A DNA stretch of 55,033 nt. It comes from Candidatus Saccharimonadales bacterium. GTDB taxonomy: Bacteria > Patescibacteriota > Saccharimonadia > Saccharimonadales > JACDBH01. The stretch covers positions 1 through 55,033 of the forward strand of contig JBATRZ010000062.1 in NCBI GenBank assembly GCA_049292975.1. The letters are read 5' to 3'. The position numbers and the translations under genes are program-made. Below are positions 31,154 through 40,942 of this stretch, piece after piece. The notes under the pieces were generated by a model. That model made no database searches. It had not been told where the DNA came from and saw only the letters and a program-made list of their open reading frames with translations. The first letter of the stretch is position 1. Every line of letters begins with the position of its first letter.

Positions 31154-31729
31154 CTAATTATTTTCGTAAGCTAAGAAGGTTCTTACCATTTTAATGGTGT
31201 GCTTGTTGCCCAGGTACGCGATGGCCTTTATGCCCGATTGCGCGGCGGCCAGGCAATTGATGGCTGTATCGTCAATAAAGATGCATTCCTCCGGCCGCAG
31301 TGCCAGGCGGCGGGCTGCCAGAGCAAAGATTTCCGGATCTGGTTTGACCAGGCCGACTTCGCTGGATATAACAATATCGTCAAACATGCGCTTTTGCTCA
31401 TCCGCGTCAAAAAACCGGCCGATGGCATCCTTGCTGACATTGGTTAATACCGATACCTTGTATTCGCTGCGTAGTTCGGCAACATAGTCTAGCAGCTCTT
31501 GGTTGCGGTGATAGAGCGTTGTTTCATCACTGATTCGTCCGGGCGTGGAACCAGTGAGCTTTGCCACCTTGGTATTAAACTCTTCTTCGTTTATCGCGCC
31601 CAGGTCGGCTTCTCGCTCCAGGTCGTCAATCTGCTGCTGCACGGCCCTATCATGGCCAGATTTATAAGACTCATGACCCTGCCGCTGCAATAAAACGCCA
31701 AAGCAATCAAATATTATAGCCTTAATCAT
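31154..31729 (-). CDS. HAD-superfamily hydrolase (subfamily IA-like)
   Basis: Motif I IIFDCFGVL and motif IV-like FIDDTAINCLAA. Confidence 0.8.
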   Translation of the reverse strand: MIKAIIFDCFGVLLQRQGHESYKSGHDRAVQQQIDDLEREADLGAINEEEFNTKVAKLTGSTPGRISDETTLYHRNQELLDYVAELRSEYKVSVLTNVSKDAIGRFFDADEQKRMFDDIVISSEVGLVKPDPEIFALAARRLALRPEECIFIDDTAINCLAAAQSGIKAIAYLGNKHTIKMVRTFLAYENN

Positions 31730-31870
31730 GTTGTATCTATATTACCCTATTTCCTTAGTGCTATCATGAGCTAACCTGTCCGGGCGGTAACGTCTGGTTG
31801 CAGTTTTATTACTCTGCCAGCTCCTTGGCTGATTTGTTGTACTTGTCCAATGCTACACCGTATATATGGT

Positions 31871-32263
31871 TCAGGACTTTTGCTTATCAGAAGACTGGCC
31901 GCTAACTTCTGATTCTATGAGTTCCAGCAGGCTGGCTGGCGTAATATTGGCCTTGAGCACGTTCATGCGCGCCCCAAGCTCCAGCGCTTCCTTGATCTCC
32001 CCGCCCAAGGCCAGATTGGACATGACGATGATTTTTGTTTTAGGTGATGTATGCTTGAGATCCGCGAGTTTCAGGAATTCCACACCGTTGCAAACCGGCA
32101 TCATGATATCCAGCAGTATCAAGTCGTAGGAGTGTTTCTTGCACAGCTGCAGGGCTTGCCGGCCGTTGCGGGCGGTATCTACCTGGTACGAGTGCATCTT
32201 TAGGACTATGCCTATCGGCTCGCTAATGACATCCTCGTCCTCAACCAATAAGACCCGCGGCAC
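31871..32263 (-). CDS. Response regulator, receiver domain only
   Basis: RVLLVEDED...DLILLDIMMPVCNG...KIIVMSN. GTG start overlaps the kinase stop codon (TAGTG), with a GGAAGGAGA Shine-Dalgarno sequence upstream. Confidence 0.85.
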   Translation of the reverse strand: MPRVLLVEDEDVISEPIGIVLKMHSYQVDTARNGRQALQLCKKHSYDLILLDIMMPVCNGVEFLKLADLKHTSPKTKIIVMSNLALGGEIKEALELGARMNVLKANITPASLLELIESEVSGQSSDKQKS

Positions 32264-33432
32264 TATATGTCTCCTTCCGGCAATCTTATAGTAAAGGCCG
32301 TGCCCTTGCCTTTTTGCGATTCCAGCTCTATGGCACCATCATGCAGCTTGATAATCTTATCCGCCCAGTACAAGCCCAGCCCGCTGCCCGATACCTTTTG
32401 GGTTAGTTTGTTGTTGGCGCGGCCGAACTTCTCGAATATTTTAGACTGGTCTTTCTTGGCAATGCCCACGCCGTTATCTTCGATGGATATATATACATCC
32501 CCACTCTCTTCTCGCACACTCACGGTAATATTGCCCTTGTCGGGCGTGTACTTGCTGGCGTTGTCTATGAGGTTTTCGATGACCATCCTCAGCCGCACTT
32601 TGTCTATATTGGCTCGTATTGTTTTGGCAGGCGATTTGTAGGCGACGCCCTGGTTCCTGCCTTTGAACGAATCAACCTGCTCATCAATAACATCTGCCAC
32701 CAGCTCGCCGATGTCTGTCACTGTCTTTACCAGAATCACCTTGCCGGCGTCCACTTGGGCAACACGCAGCAGGTCGTTTACGATTTCTATCTGGCGGTCA
32801 TTGCTGGCATAGGCTTTGTGCAAATAATCCATTTGCAGTTCGCTAAGCGGCCCCGCGTAACCCTCTAGCAGCAGATTAAGGTACTGCTTGACGCCGGTAG
32901 CCGGCGTGCGCAGCTGGTGGGACGCTAAAGATATAAACTCGTCTTTGGTGGCGCTCAGAGCCTGCAACTCCTTGTACGAGGCCTCCAGCCGGACATTGGC
33001 CTTGTACAGATTGTCTTCGTACTTTTTGCGCTCGGTCAGATCACGGGTTACCTTGGCAAAACCAATGTGATTACCTTCCGTATCGAATAACGCGGTAATA
33101 ATAACATTGGCCCAGAACCGCGTGCCATCCTTGCGTACGCGCCAGCTCTCGTCCTCGACGCGGCCTTCTTTCATGGCCACTTCCAGCTCCCATTCGGGTT
33201 TCTTGTTCTGCTTGTCTATAGGGGTGTAGAAGATAGAGAAGTGCTTGCCGATGATTTCATCGGGCAGGTAACCCTTGAACCGCTGCGCGCCCGTATTCCA
33301 GCTGGCGATGTGCCCAGTGGTATCAAGATGGAATATGGCGTAGTCCTTGATGGTCTCAACCAGCAGGCGGTAGCGGTCAAGCTCGCGCGTGTTGCTTATG
33401 CTGACTTGTTTTTTGGTTTGCTTAACGGGCAA
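32263..33432 (-). CDS. PAS-domain sensor histidine kinase (no TM segment)
   Basis: PAS (IASWNTGAQRFKGYLPDEIIGKHFSIFY), H-box SHQLRTPAT, and N/G boxes (NLIDNASKYT, GSGLGLY). TTG start preceded by an AGGAGGA Shine-Dalgarno sequence. Confidence 0.85.
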   Translation of the reverse strand: MPVKQTKKQVSISNTRELDRYRLLVETIKDYAIFHLDTTGHIASWNTGAQRFKGYLPDEIIGKHFSIFYTPIDKQNKKPEWELEVAMKEGRVEDESWRVRKDGTRFWANVIITALFDTEGNHIGFAKVTRDLTERKKYEDNLYKANVRLEASYKELQALSATKDEFISLASHQLRTPATGVKQYLNLLLEGYAGPLSELQMDYLHKAYASNDRQIEIVNDLLRVAQVDAGKVILVKTVTDIGELVADVIDEQVDSFKGRNQGVAYKSPAKTIRANIDKVRLRMVIENLIDNASKYTPDKGNITVSVREESGDVYISIEDNGVGIAKKDQSKIFEKFGRANNKLTQKVSGSGLGLYWADKIIKLHDGAIELESQKGKGTAFTIRLPEGDI

Positions 33433-33768
33433 CGCCAGTCCTCCTGCTTACTACCACCTTGGTTACACTTGTCATTGTACCAGCGCGGTTTTTCCATACA
33501 AAGGACAAACATACTATCCGGCGTTAGATAGCAGCAAGAATAATCATCACGATATAAAAAGAAAAGAAATAAATCATCTGCGTAATCCAGAACTTCTGCT
33601 TACCCATAAATAGGGGCGAGAAATACAGCTGCTCACTGTACAGCAAATAACCGTGCATTGTATTTGTAATCAAAAACGACAAAAACAGGCTAAGTAGTAT
33701 TGTTTAAGAATAGAGATGATAGACCTGTGTTTCTAGGAGATCAAATACGCATGTGAGATATTTAATTT

Positions 33769-34623
33769 ATGGCAAAAAAGAAAAGTCAAAAAACAAGCGC
33801 GCCAATTCCCCCAATACTTAGGCTTCTACCTAACACGCCTAAATCTCAACCCGGAAAAGCAAGCAAATATGCAAAACTAATCTGGCCATTTTGGATTCTG
33901 TTATTGATAGCTTTGGCGCTATATGCGCACATCTTCCTTAAATATGGCGGTTTGCAAGGCTACCGGCTAGAATCCGCAAGGTTTCCTGGCATAGAAAGCG
34001 CAGAGATCGCGAGCGTAAGGGATAACACCTTGGCGTATGTGAATGATTTGAATGGCAAAATCGGGCCAAATTCGGACATGGCAGCCACATATGCCTCCCC
34101 ACTACAGACTGCTGACCTTTGCGAAAAAGGCAAACACGAGAATCCCACCTTTAAGTTTAAAGGCCGTTACGACAACTGGGCGTATAGCTGCAAAATTAGT
34201 ACAATGCAATATTTTGTTTACGACAAACCTTTCTGCGAAGTAGCGGCCGGTCTTGTCGCGCAGAAACTCCCATTCATGACATACCAGAAGAAGTATGACT
34301 GCAGGCAAAGCGTACCTGAAATAGGTGAGGGCTTAAGCTTCTTTTCCTATGATGACCCAACGCCTGCCCATGAATCATATCCCAAGCTGCTACATATGAA
34401 CTTCAGGCTAAAGGATTTAGACGAGTTCAATATATCATTAGGCCCATATGGGACGGGTTTTCCCGACATATTCTTCAACTGCTCCTACAACATAGAACGA
34501 ACCGCGTATTGTTCAGACAAGCAGGTTGATAAACAATACCGCCAAGAAATACTGTTACTGCCAGCCGAAAGCAGCAGAACGATCATCGAAGCCAATTACG
34601 ATAAAACATATTATGAGAAATAA
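33769..34623 (+). CDS. Membrane-anchored Cys-rich hypothetical protein (AT-rich gene)
   Basis: Lys-rich N-terminus, one TM helix (LIWPFWILLLIALALYAHIF), and a Cys-containing extracytoplasmic domain. GC content is clearly below the backbone. Confidence 0.5.
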   Translation: MAKKKSQKTSAPIPPILRLLPNTPKSQPGKASKYAKLIWPFWILLLIALALYAHIFLKYGGLQGYRLESARFPGIESAEIASVRDNTLAYVNDLNGKIGPNSDMAATYASPLQTADLCEKGKHENPTFKFKGRYDNWAYSCKISTMQYFVYDKPFCEVAAGLVAQKLPFMTYQKKYDCRQSVPEIGEGLSFFSYDDPTPAHESYPKLLHMNFRLKDLDEFNISLGPYGTGFPDIFFNCSYNIERTAYCSDKQVDKQYRQEILLLPAESSRTIIEANYDKTYYEK

Positions 34624-34662
34624 CGGATGAACGTGCCTAAGAAGCAGTATTGTCCCTGCCCT

Positions 34663-35118
34663 TCAATCTGAGGCTGAATTATCAGCGGTACGATTTGGAA
34701 ACGTAAAATAAGTCTTGCCCGTCTTATAGGATTCGGCATAGGCCGTAAAGCATCCGAAGAGATTATCAGGCAGATTTTCTAAATCATACCAATCCCATGA
34801 CTCAAGCTTCTCGGGCTCCAAGACTTGAGGGTCACCCGCTTCCCAATCAGCCGCAAAACCGAAGTCTACATAATGCTTCGGGAAATACTTCAGCAGATCC
34901 GATACGCATAGCAGCCTCAGATTAGTGACCTTTATGCCACATTCTTCGGCTATCTCACGTAAGGCCGTCTGCTCGGCTGTTTCGCCGTATTCCAAATGTC
35001 CCCCAGGCCCGCCGTATTCGTTTGCACCATGGGCATTCTTACGTTTGCCCAAGAGGACTTTGCCGTCCTTCACTACGAATACGCCCACGCCCACCTTAAC
35101 TTTCTGCTCTTCACTCAT
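34663..35118 (-). CDS. NUDIX hydrolase
   Basis: Nudix box GGPGGHLEYGETAEQTALREIAEECGI. Confidence 0.85.
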   Translation of the reverse strand: MSEEQKVKVGVGVFVVKDGKVLLGKRKNAHGANEYGGPGGHLEYGETAEQTALREIAEECGIKVTNLRLLCVSDLLKYFPKHYVDFGFAADWEAGDPQVLEPEKLESWDWYDLENLPDNLFGCFTAYAESYKTGKTYFTFPNRTADNSASD

Positions 35119-35147
35119 AGCCGTAGTCTACCACCCCCTATAAAATC

Positions 35148-35672
35148 CTACTTTAAACTCGATAGGAAGTGCTTTACAACCCTGGAACTACGGAGTGTTA
35201 CGATCTTGTCTTTGGGATACTTACTAAGCTCGGCCCGTATGACCGGGGACTGCTCCCTGCTGAAGTTCAGGACGTATTTGAGGAAGCCTGGGTCTATTCT
35301 TTCATTCCAACTTTCGGGCATTTCTTCACGGATCTTGTTGCGATACTGCACTCGCCGTTTGAAGATGCGGTAGACATAAACGCTCGGTGGAAGGTCAAGA
35401 TAAATCGTCAGGTCTGCCATGGGTACGCGGAAATCCAGCGTAAATTTGTAGACACCTTCCATAATCCACTTCTCCGCCTTAGCCTCCTGCTTAATCTTTT
35501 TGATGAAGCCTGGCCTGTCCTCCAAAAAATAATATGTCTCGGAAAATGCAATCTTATCCATATGAATAATCGGTAATTCATACGCTTTGGCTAGTTTCCG
35601 GGCCAAAGTAGTCTTGCCCGAGCCTGGCGGCCCGATAATATTGATCCGCTTGTACTTCATTCGCTCAAGCAT
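35148..35672 (-). CDS. P-loop kinase, adenylate-kinase/topology-modulation (FlaR)-like
   Basis: INIIGPPGSGKTTLARKLA...IHMDKI. ATG at 35672 follows a GGAAGGA Shine-Dalgarno sequence. Confidence 0.6.
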   Translation of the reverse strand: MLERMKYKRINIIGPPGSGKTTLARKLAKAYELPIIHMDKIAFSETYYFLEDRPGFIKKIKQEAKAEKWIMEGVYKFTLDFRVPMADLTIYLDLPPSVYVYRIFKRRVQYRNKIREEMPESWNERIDPGFLKYVLNFSREQSPVIRAELSKYPKDKIVTLRSSRVVKHFLSSLK

Positions 35673-35715
35673 ACCATCCTTCCGAAAATAACAGATGAAA
35701 AACCAAAAAGCGGAA

Positions 35716-36270
35716 TTAAATCTTGCCCCAGTTCTTGCCAATTTCTATTTTCACCACCTCCGCGTTACCGGTTTTGAGTGACCAGTCAAAATCTTTATAT
35801 TCCAAATGACCACAAGCGATATTTCGCATAAAGAATCCCAATATTGCGTGACCGACAACCAGGATATTACCCTTTGAGCTGCGTGCCGCTTCCGCTATCC
35901 CACTTATGGCCTTTTGGGCTCGTTTGATCAGCTCCTGGTGCGTTTCGACTCCCCTGCCATTCTCAAGTTCGTAGAAGAAATTCTTGTTTTCGGGACGAGG
36001 CTCGCCTTTGTACTCGCCGAGATTACGCTCGGTAAGTTCACGCAACACGACTATGTCTATGCCGCCCAACTCTTCCGAAATAATTTGAGCCGTCTGCCCT
36101 GCCCGGACAAGAGGTGAAACGAGTATGGTTGTAATCCCCTTGTCTTTGAGCAAGCCTGCGGCGATTTTGGCCTGTTCACTGCCCGCTTCTGTCAGCTGAA
36201 CCTCATCTGACGATACGTTGTCATCTCGGTTGGCCTCGCTCTGCCCGTGCCTGATAAAATATACCGTCAT
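35716..36270 (-). CDS. Histidine phosphatase family (phosphoglycerate-mutase-like) protein
   Basis: N-terminal RHG motif VYFIRHGQSEAN. Its ATG overlaps the polA stop codon (ATGA). Confidence 0.8.
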   Translation of the reverse strand: MTVYFIRHGQSEANRDDNVSSDEVQLTEAGSEQAKIAAGLLKDKGITTILVSPLVRAGQTAQIISEELGGIDIVVLRELTERNLGEYKGEPRPENKNFFYELENGRGVETHQELIKRAQKAISGIAEAARSSKGNILVVGHAILGFFMRNIACGHLEYKDFDWSLKTGNAEVVKIEIGKNWGKI

Positions 36271-39038
36271 ATCTCGCCCCAGTTTTTACCGCTATCAACA
36301 TCAACCTTCAGCTTAACTCCAAGCTCCGGATAGACATGTTCCATCGTTTCTTTCATCAGCTCGCCAACTTTTTCGGCATCGTCGGCATGGCATTCCACCA
36401 GGATACTGTCATGAATCTGCAACAACATGCGGGGCACGCCCGCAGGAGTGAGGAGTGAGGAGTGGGGAGTGGGTTTTTCAGACCCTTTCTTCTTACTTCT
36501 TTCTGCTTTCTCCGCAAAAGTTTGATCAAACTTTTGCTGCAACCGTACCATTGCTAATTTTGTGAGATCGGCCGCGCTGCCCTGGATAGGCATATTGATG
36601 GCCTGGCGGTAGGCGCCTTCGCGCACCATGAAATTGCTGGACTTTACGTCGGGCGTGGGGCGGCGGCGACCCAGTATCGTCTCGACATAGCCCTTCTTTA
36701 GGGCCTGTTCGCGCAAAGACTCGATGTATAGCTTTAATTTGGGACGGATCATAAAGTACTTGGCGATGAAATCGCGCGCCTCGGCAAAACTCATGCCCGT
36801 ACCCTCGGCCAGCCCGTGCGGCCCCTGGCCGTACATGATGCCAAAGTTCACGGCTTTGGCGTTATAGCGCATTTGTTTGGTGACTTCCTCGGGATCTATG
36901 TTCAGCACCGCGGCAGCAGTCAGCACATGGACGTCCTGGTCTTCGTTGAAGGCACGGATCATGTCTTCATCGCCGCTCAGCGCGGCAGCCAGACGGATTT
37001 CAAACTGTGAGTAGTCAGCGCTCACGAACACGTGGCCGGGCCGGGCCACAAAGCCGGTACGGATTTTTTTGCCAAGTTCAGTCCGAACGGGGATGTTCTG
37101 CAAATTTGGCTCGTTGCTGCTCAGGCGCCCGGTGGGGGCAATGGTCATCCGGAAGTTGGTGTGCACGCGGCCGTTTTCGTCCATCTGCTTTGGCAGCGTA
37201 TCGACATAGGTGCTCTTGAGCTTGGTGTACTCGCGGTATTGTTCGATACAGTCGATGATAGGGTGCAGCGCCCGTAGTTTGTTCAACACATCCGAGGCGG
37301 TGGAAAAATGCCCGGCTTTGCCCTTCTTTACGTTCCACGGCTGGCCTTCGTAGCCGTGCGTCAATTTGGCCTGCGTGCTTGAAGTTGGCAGCTGTAATTT
37401 CTCAAATAATATTTCGGACAATTGCCCCGGGCTGGAGATATTGAACTCTTGGTCGGCATGGCCGTAGATGGTCTGCTCGATGTCGCTGATTTTATCGGCC
37501 AGCTCATCGCCCATTTTGGCCAAGTAGCCGGCGTCCAGGCCAATGCCCTCGTATTCCATGCGCGCCAGAACCGGAATCACCGGCCACTCGACTTGGTCGC
37601 TGAGAGTAATCAGCTTGGTCAGCTCGCTCATACTCTCGGCCTGGTAATTCTGCAGGGCCTTAATGACAGCGACTAGCTCGCCTGCCCGTTTATGCAGCTC
37701 TTCTGAATTCAGCGCGTCAAGGCTGGCGGTTTCGTGGCCAAGGTCAGCAAAAGCCAGTTCGGTCAAAGTAGTAACGCGGCGGATGGAATTGATAAGGAAC
37801 GCGCCCACTAGTACATCATGACTAACTTTTGGTAATTCCACGCCAAGGTCCAGCAGCACCTTCAGACTGGCCTTAAGGTCGTAGCCTATGACATTCTTCA
37901 GCTCACCAAGCTTGGCAGCCACGGCTTTTTTATCCAGGGCCTTCAGGTCGAGTACATAGGCTGTCTTATCATCTGCTAGCACGATGGTTTCGGCACCGCG
38001 GCCATGTTGCCCGGACGCGTAGCTGTGCAGCACCATCTCGTCCTGTATCTTGATAGCCTTTAACGCGCCGTTCATGATGACCAGCTCTGTCTTCAGCGGT
38101 TCGATAGCGCCTGCCGTCACTTTATGCACGGGCGCTTCACTGTTATCCAGGACCTGCATGTACTCGGGCAGTTGGCGCAGCAGGCTGCGGAATTCCAGGT
38201 TGGTCAGCAGGCTCTTAAGCGCATGCACGTCCAGGTCGCGCGTGTCCGTCGCCTGAAGATCCAGGTCTACCGGCGCGTCATCCATTAGTAGCGCGACTTG
38301 CTTGCTTAAGTAGGCCGACTCTTTGCCCGCCTCAAGCTTTTTGCGGGTAGTTTCTTTGATTAACGCCAGGTTGTCATAGATGTTATCGAGCGTCTTGTAA
38401 TCCTGCAGCAGTTGCACGGCGGTCTTCTCGCCCACACCCGGCACACCTGGGATGTTATCGGAGCTGTCACCTTTGAGCGACTTCAAATCCAGGAATTGTT
38501 CTACCTCTATACCGTGTTTTTGTTCAAAATATTCAATGTCAAACCGTTCGATGTTGCTAAAGCCCTTTTTGAGCACATAGACGTGTGAATGCTGGCCGAT
38601 GCACTGCAGAGCGTCCAGATCACTGGTGATTAGCATAGTCTCCAGGCCGGCTTTATCCGCCTTCTTAGCCAGGGTACACATGATGTCATCGGCCTCGTAA
38701 TCATCCAGCTCATACAGGGGCCAGCTGAAGGCTTTGAGCAGGTCGTGCAGGATAGGAATCTGCACGTAGAAATCCGGCGGCGCAGGCTTGCGGCCGGCCT
38801 TGTACTGCGGGTACAGCTCTAGCCGTTTGCGGATGTTGGTCTTGGGCTTGTCCCAGGCCACAGCCACATAATCGGGCTTGAGCCTCTTCAGCAGCTCCAG
38901 TGACATGGCGGCAAAGCCGTAGACGCCGCCCGTAGGCGTACCGTCCTTGGTGCTGAGGTTGGGCATGGCATAATAGCCGCGGTAAAACACGCTCTTGCCA
39001 TCTATGATTGCCAGTTTCTTCCGAGCAGTATCAGCCAT
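36267..39038 (-). CDS. polA: DNA polymerase I
   Basis: 5'-nuclease domain (LAIIDGKSVFYRGYYA), then polymerase motifs DYSQFEIRLAA, RYNAKAVNFGIMYG and QIHDSILVE. ATG at 39038. Confidence 0.95.
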   Translation of the reverse strand: MADTARKKLAIIDGKSVFYRGYYAMPNLSTKDGTPTGGVYGFAAMSLELLKRLKPDYVAVAWDKPKTNIRKRLELYPQYKAGRKPAPPDFYVQIPILHDLLKAFSWPLYELDDYEADDIMCTLAKKADKAGLETMLITSDLDALQCIGQHSHVYVLKKGFSNIERFDIEYFEQKHGIEVEQFLDLKSLKGDSSDNIPGVPGVGEKTAVQLLQDYKTLDNIYDNLALIKETTRKKLEAGKESAYLSKQVALLMDDAPVDLDLQATDTRDLDVHALKSLLTNLEFRSLLRQLPEYMQVLDNSEAPVHKVTAGAIEPLKTELVIMNGALKAIKIQDEMVLHSYASGQHGRGAETIVLADDKTAYVLDLKALDKKAVAAKLGELKNVIGYDLKASLKVLLDLGVELPKVSHDVLVGAFLINSIRRVTTLTELAFADLGHETASLDALNSEELHKRAGELVAVIKALQNYQAESMSELTKLITLSDQVEWPVIPVLARMEYEGIGLDAGYLAKMGDELADKISDIEQTIYGHADQEFNISSPGQLSEILFEKLQLPTSSTQAKLTHGYEGQPWNVKKGKAGHFSTASDVLNKLRALHPIIDCIEQYREYTKLKSTYVDTLPKQMDENGRVHTNFRMTIAPTGRLSSNEPNLQNIPVRTELGKKIRTGFVARPGHVFVSADYSQFEIRLAAALSGDEDMIRAFNEDQDVHVLTAAAVLNIDPEEVTKQMRYNAKAVNFGIMYGQGPHGLAEGTGMSFAEARDFIAKYFMIRPKLKLYIESLREQALKKGYVETILGRRRPTPDVKSSNFMVREGAYRQAINMPIQGSAADLTKLAMVRLQQKFDQTFAEKAERSKKKGSEKPTPHSSLLTPAGVPRMLLQIHDSILVECHADDAEKVGELMKETMEHVYPELGVKLKVDVDSGKNWGEI
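36445..36513. repeat. Heptamer-word imperfect palindrome, in frame in polA
   Basis: GGAGTGA GGAGTGA GGAGTGG GGAGTGG GT-TTTTCAG-ACCCTTTC TTCTTAC TTCTTTC TGCTTTC TCC. 69 nt, equal to 23 codons. Confidence 0.85.
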
Positions 39039-39240
39039 CACGACCTGCTTTCAGGCAGAGCCTGAAACCCTGCCATGATTTTTTGCCCATGACTGCGTTG
39101 GTATCTGCGGTACTCGCGCACAGTATTTTGATACAGCTTGCTCCGTTCCTCGCTACCGCCTTGTCCTGGCCAAATCTGATACTGCTCAAGTCACTCATAC
39201 ATACAGTGTAACAAGAGACGGATGCTGTTGATACTTGTGC

Positions 39241-39783
39241 TTAGGCGGCGTCGGCCAGGTCCAGGAGTTTTTCTAACGGCGTAGCTTTTGCAAGCGTATT
39301 CTGGGCCAGCAAGTAGTAACCATCGTCAAAGGCGCCCTTTATCGGATCGGCTATGCCTGTCTCGTCCAGATCGGTTACGATCGCATGGTCTCTTGTGTAT
39401 CTGAAGGCTACTTTATGCGACCTCTGAAGTCCGTACGCGGGATGGATATATTCCAAGCCACACAGCGAAGCCACGGCAACCTGAGCCAGAACCGGCACGC
39501 GCTCTACCGTCCATTCCTCGTCATCCATCTCCGTATAATGAAGCGGGCTATGCTCGCCAAAGGGCGGCGGGAACATAAATGCAATATGGGCAGCCCTGCG
39601 CAAATCAAATACATCCAGCTGCGTGACGTTTGTATCGCTCTCTTCCCAGGTTGTCAGCGCCACCGTCAATTCGCCCGCAACGGCTGGCGTACTGGCAATT
39701 TTTTCACTGAGTCCATGCAGAAGCGCTGCATCCTGAATAATAAGCAGTGCATCCAAGGTTGGATTTAACTCTATACCTGGCAT
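39241..39783 (-). CDS. Hypothetical protein (180 aa)
   Basis: ATG-started ORF. No motif recognised. Confidence 0.45.
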   Translation of the reverse strand: MPGIELNPTLDALLIIQDAALLHGLSEKIASTPAVAGELTVALTTWEESDTNVTQLDVFDLRRAAHIAFMFPPPFGEHSPLHYTEMDDEEWTVERVPVLAQVAVASLCGLEYIHPAYGLQRSHKVAFRYTRDHAIVTDLDETGIADPIKGAFDDGYYLLAQNTLAKATPLEKLLDLADAA

Positions 39784-40014
39784 TTGCTACATTTTATATC
39801 CCTGTTAGGGGCGAATTGCAAGCCCCGCTAGAAATAAGCCGCTCTAAGCGGCTGCCCAGAAGGCTTTTTAGCCGGAGCGGATTTCTAACGGGGCAAACAT
39901 ATGCATAATGTTCATGCAGCGCATGCTTGTACGGCTCAAACGGCGGCGCCTCTCAGTAGCCGCGTGTTCCATGGGCGCTTAGCTTAACGTATCTGTTTCC
40001 GCTAATCTAAAGCG

Positions 40015-40932
40015 TTATGGCGCCGCGGGTGCGGCCGGCACGCAGGAACCGTTATTGACGCTGATGCCTATGCTGGTTGAATTGATATTGCTGGCATTGC
40101 CGCTGGCGGCCGAGCCGCCATTCACATTGTTGTTCACGCTGGCACTGCCCGATGTTGCCGTTTGGCTGGCTGAGCTATTGATTTGCACATTGGTGTTGTT
40201 GGTACAGGTTATATTTGTCCCGCCGCCAGCCGGTGGATCTTGCGGTTCCTCTGCGAGTGTGCTGATAGTATTACCCGTTAAGGTGGCGGTGCTTGATATC
40301 TGGGCATATGCCCTGGCAGCCAAGAAGACCGGAAATATAAACACTAACGGCAATGCCCAAAATAATGCGAAGCTCCCGGCCTTGCTCTTGCTAAGCAACC
40401 GGCTGGGTTGCCCGGTGTTAGTATACGGCAGCTGGCTTTTATAATATTTTGTTAGTCTGCGCAGTTCTCCAATTATGATGCATAACGCTGGAAGATAAAT
40501 AATTATAATCAACCCTAAGGGCTCTCTAGTAAAGTCAACCAAATATCCCAACAGCGGGGCTGAGTAGCTTAGCTTGCCCAAGATATCCTTGCCTGTAATC
40601 TGAGGATCAGGACTCTCATTAGCATCACCCTTGGTAACAAACTGCTGGCCGTTACTCCAAGAGGGTAATTCGACGATCCGATGGGTGATACTCTGTTTTG
40701 CATTCAATGGACTTGTGTATGTAACAACGTCTCCCGCTTTTAGTTTGTTGGCAGCGACGTTTTTTACGCTGATGAGATCACCCTTATTAAGATACGGGGA
40801 CATGCTCCCGCTCTGCACGCTTAATAAGTTACCCCCTTGGATCCTCGTTACCACGGCCAGGCCGCTCGCACCCACCAAGATGGTAAGTGCGAGCAATGCT
40901 ATAGATCGTTTTATGAGACGAAACATAGACAT
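40015..40932 (-). CDS. SipW-type (S26B) signal peptidase I fused to a C-terminal TM segment and an Asn/Ser-rich region
   Basis: SGSMSPYLNKGDLISV (catalytic Ser box), THRIV (His box) and GDANESPD. The C-terminal 130 aa begin with a second signal-peptide-like segment ...FLAARAYAQISSTATLTGNTIST. Confidence 0.7.
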   Translation of the reverse strand: MSMFRLIKRSIALLALTILVGASGLAVVTRIQGGNLLSVQSGSMSPYLNKGDLISVKNVAANKLKAGDVVTYTSPLNAKQSITHRIVELPSWSNGQQFVTKGDANESPDPQITGKDILGKLSYSAPLLGYLVDFTREPLGLIIIIYLPALCIIIGELRRLTKYYKSQLPYTNTGQPSRLLSKSKAGSFALFWALPLVFIFPVFLAARAYAQISSTATLTGNTISTLAEEPQDPPAGGGTNITCTNNTNVQINSSASQTATSGSASVNNNVNGGSAASGNASNINSTSIGISVNNGSCVPAAPAAP

Positions 40933-40942
40933 TTAAACCTGT

